A stretch of DNA of 64,000 nt, from positions 41,356,001-41,420,000 of the forward strand of contig NC_087251.1 of assembly GCF_037042905.1 (NCBI RefSeq). The letters run 5' to 3'. Shown piece after piece: positions 22,346-34,300 of the stretch. A program made the translations under genes and the position numbers. Numbering within the stretch: the stretch's first letter is position 1; each line of letters opens with the position of its first letter. Source of the stretch: Lytechinus pictus. Lineage: Eukaryota. The notes under the pieces are model-generated. The model searched no databases, was not told the DNA's origin, and worked only from the letters and a program-made list of their open reading frames with translations.

Positions 22346-25300
22346 ATGTCGAATTTATATGAATTAGAAGTGTTAGCAGGGATGAAGCGGTCGGAGTTAC
22401 AAAAATTGGCAAAACAGCATGGCATCAAAGCTAATATGAAGGTATGTTAACGCAATTTCAAGTTTAAATAATTGCCTGGTCCCATCTACTTCTATTCACG
22501 TCAGAGGGATGAGATTGAAAATGAGAGGCGAGGCCGTGGCCCGTGCGATTCCGTGACCTGACGCGAGCGCGAAGTATGAAGGGGGCCCCATCGCCCCTAA
22601 CCCAGGGAGCCCAGGAGCTTACCGTGTATTTGACCATAGTCACCGGACTAGGGTGATTTAAATTATGGTCTAAAAATATTTCTCCAAATGAATTGTGAAA
22701 ACAGAAAGTACCTAGGCTAGGCCTATACAATTTACAATCATGTTAATGAATTAGCCGACCACGATTATATGGATGAAGCCAGTGAAGGTCTAATGAGTGG
22801 CAGTTTCCTGACATCTGGGCACAAACTGGAACCTCAAAAAAACGAAAATTTCTCTCAGTTCTACTAGTTCTACCCCCGTCTCGATGATCGATCGGCCATT
22901 TTTGTTAAAAATCGTCACAAAATGGCCGATCGAGACGGGGGTAGAAGGAGATAACTTTTCGTTTTTTGAGGTTCCAGTCTGTGCCCAGGTGTCAGGAAAC
23001 TGCCACCTGTTAGACCTTCATCCATATAATCGTGGTAAGTGCATAATTTCTGTTTTCACAATTCATTGGAGAAATATTTAGACCATAAATCACCCTAGTC
23101 CCGTCAGTATGGTCAAATTACACGGTAAGCCCCTGGGCTCCCGCCCACGCAGCCGCAGCTAGCCAGGACTCAGGAGGCTTCTAGAGAGTAAACATTTACT
23201 AACGTATGCTTACTCTCAACGAAGCCAGGAATTCCTTCCCATTCATCTGCACGTACCACCCAAAAACCTGAAACTTTGCCCCCGAGATTAATTCTACTTT
23301 CCTTCAAAAAGATTATCATTTAGCCCTAAATCATGTATGGGATACAACTTCATTTCCGACATTTTATTTTCAAACAAGAATTCATAAAAGAAAAATATTA
23401 TGAAAAAGACGGAAGAGACTTGCCCGATGTTTACGCCGCCATCTTGTTTCCTATTGTTCTTCCCAACGTTACGGACGCACGCGTTGGATTTGTCATTACT
23501 ACAAAAACCCGCTAGTTTACAAAAATATGTTACATTTATTCACAAGATACAAGACTTTTGAAGTTTGAACTTTTTCAATGCCACATCAAAATTATGGTAT
23601 TAACCAAATGTAAACTAAGTAGGTTATTTTGAGCATTTTATTCTCTTTAATTTGATACCAAAATCATTAAAGGGGAATCCAACCCAAATAAAAACTTGTT
23701 TTTATAAGGAAAAGAAAAATCAGACAAGTTGATAGGTGAAAGTTTGAACAATATTGGACAAACAACAAGAAAGTTATGAATTTTTAAAACTTGTAAATAT
23801 TGGTAATCACTATACCCATGGAGACTTCAAATTGGCCGCATATGGGATGTCATAGTGATGTAAGGCAAGGACTACTCTTCCATGTACTCCAGAGTCCAAT
23901 ACATATTATGGCTAAAATGTCATTTTTCCCAAAAGTTTTATTTCAAATAATATTTTTCTTTCATGAGGACATAATACAATATACTACATGGGTTATATTT
24001 GGATTACTGCCCCAGGGGAATGGGTACTTAGGAGAAAACCACAAATTCCTGATAATTAAGTATATGGCCTATGGGAAAGTTGTCCTTGCCCCTTGTCATA
24101 ATTTACTTACACAGTTGCCAATTTGAAATCTACATAGTATTAGTGAATTCAATTTTAAAGCAACTATAACTTTTGTATTGCTTGTCCGATTTCTTTCAAA
24201 GTTCCACCATTCTGTTTCATTTATTTTTCTCCTTGACCACACAGCATTTTATGGCCAAGGCTGGATTCCCCTTTAAATTTGGATAATGGGATCATATGTA
24301 AGAAATTCGATGAACTTAGATTTTTCCCTCAAAACCATGACCATTTTTGGCTGTGTGAATGCGCTGAAAAGGGCGAAATTTTTTGCTCATTGTGCGGTCA
24401 CCCTAATAATATTGATGCATGGACAAGGTGTGAAACCAATGGAAACTGTAAATGTAAGCTGCGTTGTTATAGATGACTTGTAAGGTCATGTTTTTGCACG
24501 AGTTATAGTTTTTACTTAAAGGAGAATGAAACTCTTGGAGCAAGTTAGTTTTTATGAAAGCAGAAAAATCAAAGAATAAGATCAACAAAAGTTTGAGTAA
24601 AATAGGACTAGCAATAGAAGAGTTATGAGCATTTGAATGTCGAGATCACTAATGCTATGGAGATCCACCCATTGGCAATGCGACCAAAATCTGTAATGTC
24701 ACAAATGAACAACTCTCCCCTTTTGGACACTGAAAATATACCCCAAAACATCTCTTTTTGCTCATTCTAATCATATGACAAACGATTCATCAATGATATA
24801 ATGTTGTGAAACCTCTGTACCTCTCATAAAAAAAAAACACCTCACCTTGTGATAGACTCTATAAAAGTGAGAATTTAAGTGAAATAAGTACTAAAGTAAT
24901 GAGGGAGTTGTACGTGTGTGACATCACAGATCTTGGTCGCATTGCCAATGGGAGGATCTACATGGCATTAGTGATCTCGACATTCAAATGCTCATAACTT
25001 TCTTATTATTCATCCAATCTTCCTCAAACTTTCAACAATATGTTTCTTTGATGTTTCTCTTTGATATGGATTCAGCTGGTTTCAACGGTTTCATTCTCCT
25101 TTAATAAAGTGAAAGCTTTTGTCACTCGGCCTCGGAGTGTCAATCCGTTTGATGAGCCCAGATGGCTTGGGTTGGTGTCGTGTACATAGTAGTTAGTGAA
25201 GTGTGATGGAGCCCATATGAATCATCACTAGAGCTGAGGTACAGCATATCGAAACCAATGGCCAATCAGATAATTCCTTCTATCCCCCTTTGTTCAATGA

Positions 25301-28300
25301 ATGCTGTCACTTGCACTGCGACAGCACGTCGTGCTGAATCACTACCGAATACCGATCAATGCATTATTCCTGGGCATGTAAATTACACACAAAAGACAAT
25401 GACCTATTTTCCACTTAAACAATGTTAGATTGAAGAATAATAGGCCTACTGCAACTTACAACAACTTAGTGAAAAATAAAGATCAAATCAGAACTCTTTG
25501 GATTGATAAAATTTGTCTCTTGAACTCTTGAAGTGTTGTTATCGCTGATTGTCAGCATTGAAGCTTTCCTCATTTTGTTGATATCCAGACCGATGGCTTG
25601 ATCAAGGCCCTGGCAGCAGTGGTAGACTCAAACTTAGAAGCAAGCAATAAAATGTCATCGGAAGAAGAAACTACATGTAAATCCTCAGCCTCGTCCACTG
25701 AAGATCAGGTAACTGTGTTGTATAAAAAAAAAAAACATTGAAGATTGTAAATCATATGGGCAATTCCATAAAATATGTACTTCCGACCCCCATATGTGTG
25801 GGAACTTCATGAAATTTTCTGGTCCTTATGACAGTCAGTAATGCTGTCAAATAACCATGGCTTGGTCAGTTTATGAAGTGAAGTGTAAAACTTGAGAAAA
25901 ATGGGGGTCGGATGTACAAAAAGGTTAATTATTTTATGGAATTATCCATGTCAATTATTGAAAAAAAAATCTAACAAAATGGTTAATGTGAAGCAGTCAT
26001 TTTCCATTGATTGATTCTTTATGATTAGAGTTGATAATTAAATAATATCTCTCGGTGTATTTTATATATTTAGAAAACATCTGTAAACTATAGTGATGGT
26101 TATAATATATCCTTTTTTCTTTTCTCATTTTTTGCCATTCCATGATTGTGAAGTGGGTTATCCCCAAAAGAAAGTAGGGATGAAAGTTCCCCCAAAGAAA
26201 ACAAAACTTCTCTCTGTGTATTATTGAATAAAAACTTACATTGCCAGTTATAATGTCTGTTATTTCATCTTGATATCATTTGTCATGTCTTTTTAATATC
26301 TTAGTCTGAAGTTGAAGCTTCTGAGGAGAAACCAAAAAGCGGACGGGGAAGAGGACGGAAGCAGAGGAGAGGACGCAAGGCTATCAAGGAATCACCAGAG
26401 AAAGATCTTAAGAAAGATGTGATTGCCGGCGGTGACAATGATACACTATCATCTGCTACAGAATCAGATAATCAGGTAATTACTATGAAATCACAGAATA
26501 GTTTTAAACTCCTCCCATGTGTTTTTTTTTTGTAATGTATCCGTACGTAAGAGGAGAAATAAACGGACTGATAGGGAGCAAGTTTGTCCAAATTGACCCA
26601 CTCTTGGTCAAAAAGGATCATTTGGAATGTGTAGAAGCAAGAAGGAATAAAAAAAGAGTTTTGTATTGAAGACATTCTAATTCACATCTTGATTTTTTTT
26701 TTTCAAATAAGAAAGCAATTGTTTTGATATTTATTTTTCATTTTAATAAAAAATTAAAAGGGATTTATAGTGTCCTGAAATCTACATTTTGGAAACCTGC
26801 AGGTATCCATATTATAACCCTCCTGACCAAATATTTGGAATATCATAGCAATTGGCTTTGCCAAAATTTGTTAATTCAAGAACGATAGACTCTCTTCCAC
26901 ATCATAACTATTTTCAGGCATACACATTCATATAATCTAGCGATAAATTAGAATATTTACACGCACTTTCTCCTTGCAATGTTGATTGCCATAAACAGAA
27001 GCTTTGGCTTTGTGTCTTGAAATAAGCATATTTTCTTATACATGATGCTTGATATCAAGTTTTTTTTTTATTATTCACAGGCATCAAGTGTTACAGAGGA
27101 TGAGAAGGCTTCCCCAGTCGCCAAGAAGTCTAAAGCAAAGTCGAAAGGGAGAGGAAGAGGCAGGCGAGGGAAGCAGACCAAGGAAGAAGTTTTAGAAGAG
27201 GAAATGGACCTAGTGGTATGCTACTTTGAATTCACTCCAGCAGCTCCGGGGCCCGTTTCACAAAGGACTTGCAACTGTTGTAACTTTGCCATAATGGCAA
27301 CTACCATGGTAACAGGGCTCAGCAGCCAATCAGAATCAAGGGTACCATGGTAGTTGCCATAATGGCAAAGTTACAACAGTTGCAAGTCCTTTATGAAACG
27401 GGGCCCTGGTCTAGATTTTTTTTTTGGGGGGGGGGTATTTATATAGAGGTTCTATCGCTTACTACTTTTTGTAGTAATTTCTTTAAAAGTGTATTATTTC
27501 ACCCAGTGGATATGTTTTGGTGAATTTATGCAGCATGACAAAATTACATAATCACAATCATTTGGTACATAAGTATATTATGATGCATGTGATTATCATT
27601 TAGATGTGTGATATCACAAGAATAGTTTACTTTATTTCACTTTGTTATTAACAAAATCATCCAGGCAAATTGAGCTTTGATCTAGTCAGCAGTTTAAAAG
27701 TGCTTTGTTCATTCTGTATAATAGAAAAGGAATTTTGGTTTAGTATTAAAAATTTAAAAGTTTACTTAATCACAGGTTAACTTGAATATGTCAGCCGCCC
27801 CTAATTTGAATAAATATTCATCCCAAAAGAAGTGGGGTTTTTTTTACCAGATAATGCAAAACATGTCTAATGCAAACATAGTTCTGTTGTCAGAAAAATT
27901 AACTTTGTCATAGTTACCTGTGGTTGCAATGATTTCTTTTCCAGGTTGCTCCATCAGCAGCAGCAGTGACATCCTCTCCAGCAGCCTCAGGAAGACAATC
28001 TAGAAGCTTACAAAGAACGCCTCTCGTCAGTGAACCAACATTACCAACACCACCAAATTCTGGCTCCAGGTAAAGGAACAGACTTCAATCTATCTATTTT
28101 CTTTCTCTTTATCCAAGAATATCAATATAAAATTACCCACTTACAGTGGAATAGTCAGATAATTAAAGAATTTAATGTTTGCATGTATCTGTTCTGTATT
28201 GTTTTTTATCATGAGAAAGAAAACCAATCAATGTAAAAAAAGGTAATATCTATGTCATTTCCCTAAAGTCGGTGTAAACAAATGTTATTTTGAAATGTGA

Positions 28301-31300
28301 GTGAAACAAATTTTCCCAGTGTGGACAATAAAATTGAATTGATTGGGATTGAATCGATAGATTCAGCCTGTTCAGGAAAACTATTTCCATGTGTACTTGA
28401 TTTGGAAACTTGTATCAGTGAGAAAGAGAAAATGGTCTTTGAATACTGAAAAAGAATCTCAAGATCGAATAAGAGAATATAATTTGTTACATTTGTTTCG
28501 ACATGAACCAGACTCGGGTACATGTATGTTCCTTTGTTTTCTGTTTGATATTATTTTTATTATTTGCAAGTGTCTGAACGCTCATATTCTTGTTTAAACT
28601 ATAGCAGGAAAGTCAAGAGAGCAATCAGGCGCACCACGCACACTCCTCAACCAGCAGTCGTCCCTGCTCAAACAACTCTATCTTCACATACCCCTGAACC
28701 TGCCCTGTCTTCCAACAAAAGGTCATCAAGAACAACCCCTCTCACAGCCACTCCCAAGACCACACCAGCAACCATCAAGACCCCAGCTGAAGCCAAGACC
28801 AGAGGGTCAACCGGTAAGAGATCAGCCAGTGGGTCAGCGGGGAGCAAGGCTAAGAAGGTACGGAGAGGAACATTCGACAAGTCACCGGCTAAGGTTGCCG
28901 TCGAAGCACCTAAGAGCAGCAGTTCGCTGAAGGATGAAATCATGGCTGAGATCGACAGGAAGGTCCAGATGCAGGTTGCCAGTAAGTGTGCATAAATTCA
29001 TCAAATTTCATCTTTGCTGGAAGAATCGTTCTTGGTCAATTCAAGGTAGAGGTGCTGTGGCTCAGTGGATAACTCTCTGGACTTTGAACCACAAGGAGTT
29101 TAAATCCCACTGCAGCACTCGCGTCCTTTGGCACTGCATTTATCTACATTTGCCACTCTCCACCCAGGTGTAGTAAATGGGTACCCGGTAGGAAGGAATT
29201 CTTGAATGATCAGGGTAGCCATGATAAAGCAGGGGTAATAGTATGCAGCGCTTAGAAACATTGGTATTAAACGCTATATAAATGTTGCATATTATTAAAT
29301 CATATTGAATCGAAGGAGTCATGGTATAGTAATACTGTATCTGTCTTGATCCTCCGCTCCCAAAAATAAATAGAAAGATAAACAAAAGTATATTAAAAAG
29401 TTTTTACATCAGATTATACAAGATGCAAGGCTCGACATTAGCGGTGGCCCGGGGCCACCAGAAATTCACCTCGGGCAACCATTATTGATAAAATGTTAAG
29501 TTTTGGTGGCCCGAATCGGGCAACCAATAATTTTCAGAATAGCGCAATTTTTCTCCCGATTTTGCACGCATTTATCAACTTTCTACAGTTCAAATTGCAA
29601 CCCAGTTCGTCATGCGCCCTTTTTGTTGATCTACACACAAATACACACACACAAAGTTTGCATATTAGGCCTACAGCTATAGCATACAGTAGCTATTATC
29701 CAGCCAGCTGCGCCGGCCGGCTGGCGTGAGCTTTGCATGAAGCCATATACAGCTGTGCTCTAGCTCTAGATCTAGCTCAGCCTATTCAGACTCCGGGAGC
29801 TGCGATAAAAAATGTTGCTGCTAAGAAATCTTCCACAGAACTTTGAAAATCTGAGTCAAAGTCACATTTTACACCAATGAAATGACATTCTACAGTCTAT
29901 ATTACGAAAATTTGGTGTACCCTGATAATTTGCAAGCATTAAGAAGAGGAATTATGACCTCTCTTTTGACTACAAAAGACCGATTTCCAAATGAATTAAT
30001 ACACATAAAAACACATAGGCAAGTACATCACAGTCCCACGTGTGCATTTGTATGTATGTTGATACTTGGTTTCTTTCGAAGCTGTGTCTTTTCTAGCCAA
30101 AAATAAACAGACAGTTTCTTTCTTTTTTGTTTATAAATGACTTCTTAAACCACTCTTGAGAAAGTAAATACTTTGGGAAGGCATTTCATTGATATGAAAT
30201 GTGAATTTTTCCAACATTTTGGCAAAAATAGGGAAGGACTTTTCTCACACTTTTTTTCCAGATATAACTTTTGCCGTTTTTTTTCTTTCATTTTTTTTTA
30301 CAGTGGTTAAACCATTTATACCCCTTCCCATTGAATATGCCTGATTAAAAAATATGTTTCTACTGAAAATAAAATAATACAAACTAAAGGATTTAAAAAT
30401 AAAAATGTGCCATTCCCAGAAGGTAAGTGAGAATTATTTGCTTGGCTTTTAATTATATTCCAGTCAGAATAGACTGTTGCCACAGCTGTTAAAAAATATT
30501 TGTAATGGCTTCTTAATTTCCCCTTTTCCCCATGTTTATATTAATTTTGTTTTATTCATTTTTCTTTCACTTTCTTTTCTTTTTTTTCTCTCTAAATTTT
30601 TTCTTTTCTTTTTTTCCCTGTTCTTTGTTTTTTTTCTTTCTTTTGTTTTATTTCACTTATTTCTTTTATTATTTTTGTTTTCTTTTTGTAACATACTTTT
30701 TGAAAATTATTTTCATTTGTTTCCCCCTTTTATGCATTGTTCTAATTTTGCAGCATATTTTTCTGTGATTTTCTCCTGCTATAATATGCTGCAAAAGAGA
30801 AAACAGAAATAAACTGGATTTGGGGCCTGCATAATCTAGGTTTTAGGATTCAAAGAGGAAGAAATGAAAAACCATTGTTTTGTACATCTATCTGAGTTTA
30901 CTATGCACTATTTATTTATTTTACCATTATGAGTGTGTGTCTATACAGAGATTTTAAAAAAAGTCCACACAACCTGCGAACAATAAAATTCATTTATTCT
31001 CTTTCAATCATTTCATTTTTACAACGATAGAAACAATTTATATTTTACCACAAGCCAATTAGCAAAGTAAAATAACAGCAAACAAGGTTTACATACAAGA
31101 TGATTAAGTGAAAGTAACTTGGTGGTAGTGGCTGCAGAATTAATATTTCAGAAGTTTGTTTTATTAATTTTTAATGTGTTTCTTTATATTTTTCGGGCCA
31201 CCAAACTTTAATATCGGGCCACCAAAAAAAATTATTTGATGGTTTTGGTGGCCCGAACGGGCCACCACCAAAAAAAGTTAATGTGGAGCCTTGAAGATGA

Positions 31301-34300
31301 ATTATTTACCTCAGTCATATTTCAACTAAGTCAAGCAGATTTATAATGTCCCTAGAGATTTTATTTTTGGACAGTTACCTGTAATATTTTGGTGTACAAA
31401 TAAATATGCATCCAAAATATAAACATGTGAAATCCAAATTGATGAATCTATGATATTCATTCACCTCCGCTCTTTAAGTTTTAGTGGTATCAACTTTAAA
31501 TGAAAGATTATACACTTCCAGTCACAATTCTCACTATTACACTATAAAAGCACTGAACAAAAGATTTGTTTCCCTGAAGCTATTCTCTGTTATTATTGTG
31601 TAATAGTACTTTAAATTGTGACTGATAGTGTATAATCTTTCATTTAAAGTTGATACCACTAAAACTTAAAGAGCGGAGGTGAATGAATATCATAGATTCA
31701 TCAATTTGGATTTCACATGTTTATATTTTGGATGCATATTTATTTGTATACACCTTGTGAATATAAAAAAGTGATACTTCTGAAAGCTGAATTGATGATA
31801 TTTGCTTCAACAAGATAATAAGATTGTAACTTGTTTGCTCTCATCCGCAGAATCTAAGAGTTGTATCCCGACCAGAGCGCAAGCAACGAAGAAGACCCCG
31901 GGCAAGAAAAACTGGTCCAAGACTCATCATGGAGCTCTGGACAAGATGGAATCCATTGATGCCTACCTCGAGAGGAAACAGAAGAGAGCAGAAGCTTTAT
32001 CTGCCACCAAGAAGCAAAAGGTGTGAAAATACACAAGGGCCATGTTGCAAGAAAACATTAGCAAACCGATTGCAGAGTTATGTTTCAAATTTACAATTGA
32101 TATGTTAATTGTAATTGGAACATATTGATTTTTTACTGCTTCTCGTGAGAAGTAGACCAGCAATCAAGTGCAACTTTGCGATTTATCTTAGATTTTTTTT
32201 TTTTTTTACTTGAAACTGGCTTGCAAATTGGTTGCAAGTTTCTTGCAATTCCCTGTAAGGGTTATCATTATCTTGTCTCCTTTAACATGTAGAACAGTGG
32301 AAATGGAAAAGAAGTGAGTTGCATTATGACTGCCCTTCCTCAATCTAAGTAACATGAAGTTGTTGTCCAAATGTTATTCATATAAGCTGATGAATGATGT
32401 GTGTAAACCATGCGATTGGGTACAAACTGAATATCAGATGTTCTGTATCAAATTTATAGATTTGCCTCCAGATAAATCCAGGTTTTTCCTTATTAATTAC
32501 ATTATTTCGCTTATCTTGTTTCTGTCATTTTAATCCTGCTACAGATCCCAGCTGTTGCTAAGCCTGTCCTGAAACCAAAAGGCTTTGACTTTGCCTCCCC
32601 CAAGCCAGGTAACAAGCCCAAGAACTTCAGCTTTGCTTCTCCCAAGCCCACAAAGGCAACCATGCCCACCAATCCCAAGTCGGCTAAGACAGTCTCCTTC
32701 AAGGTTTCCAAGCTTAAAACCCCAAAGAAGGTCACCCTGCCCAGTACCGTGGCTGCTCCCGCCGTCGAGAAGCGTAAGGCTACTCCTGGTGTCCGCAAGT
32801 CAATATCCGCACTGACTCCAAGATCAGTGCCGAGGAGATCGGTTGGAGGGGTGACTCCGGGCAACGAGAGGAAGTCTTTTGGAGGAACCAAGACGCCCTC
32901 AAGGAAATCAGTTGGAGGATTCTGCGCAGGAGATGGCAGGAAGTCACTTGGGGCTGCAAAGACCCCATCCAGGAAATCAGTTGGTGGTAAGGGACAAGTG
33001 CTCAATTATTTTTTTCAAATGTTAAATTTGCTGCCGGTCTCTGAGATAGTAGTCCGTCACCCTACTGACTTGATCAATAACTAAAATTTGATTAGTAGTA
33101 GACAATGATCCCCTTAAATGAAAAGATAACATTTAGTGGATTGCCATTGATCGCGCTAGTACTCCATGAAGTTTGATATCTTACAATAGAATTAGTTTAC
33201 CAGCAAGGAGCATATTTAAAGTAAATCTTACAACGAGTATGAACTAAATGTATTCACAGTGTCGTAATTATATTTCCTGTTTATTGTGCTTGAAGGATTT
33301 GAGAGATACATGTACTAGTAATCTTAGCTGGGTTTTTTTCTTGCATTTACTTTCCATTTAGATTTCATTTATTACTTATATAGTTTCATGTTTTAAGGAA
33401 TTCAGGAAGTATGTTTCCCTTTCATTGGGCATGGCAAGAAAATTGAGAGTAATTGAATGCAAATCAACTACAAATTTGCATAATTTAGTCAGAAGATTTA
33501 CACTTGACTTTGGGATTTTCACTTATTTAGAATATGAAAAAGTTTCCTGAAACTCCCCATTGTTACAGGGGTGTGACAGTTTACCTTTTTAGCTGATTTC
33601 ATCTTTTTTTGTGTACTTTTTTTGTACAAATATAAAGGAGAGTTAGCAATTTCAGCTAGTTCTATTAGTGGTCACTTATATCCCTGATATAAATCTGTCA
33701 CAAATAATATAGTTATTACCAGTGTAATCTAATATTTTTTGCAGGTGCTTTGACTCCGTTTGGCAAGACAGCAATTGCCACATCAGCAACCAAACCCAAG
33801 AACATGTTTGACCTCAAAGCATCTCTGTCCAAGCCTCTTTCATACAAACCCCATTCAGGTAAAATATTTTACAGATCAAGAATAATGATAGTAATGATCA
33901 TAATAATAATATGATTTATATAAAGCAGGGTGCTACATAACTTTTTAGAAGCACTTGCCCAGTTGGGCAAGTAAATTTTTAAATAGTTGGAATATACTTG
34001 CCCAAAAATCTTTTTCACTTGCCCGAAAAAATCCTTGAAATAAAAAAGTTGACCTCTTCAAAAGAAAGTTTTGCGATTTTGTAAACCATTGACCTTTTTC
34101 TCTCTTGACTGATCTACCTTGTTATTACATTTCTTTTTCCAAAGTGATTTTATCTTGCCTGCCACGACCAAAATTAGGGTCAATATCATATCATATCGAC
34201 CCTAATTTTGGTCATTCTACTGTTAGAATTTTTCTTTCCCAATTCGAGCAAGTAGTTTTGGTCTTTATTTCAAAACACTTGCCCGACTCTATTTTTTACT

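Noticed and set aside
30477..30812. Phe-rich hydrophobic ORFs
   Set aside because: They translate a T-rich low-complexity tract inside a non-autonomous transposon.
28668..33005. Minus-strand ORFs 28668..28943, 31854..32036, 32511..33005 and 32780..32968
   Set aside because: They are antisense shadows of NUSAP1 exons, which have splice sites and family motifs on the plus strand.
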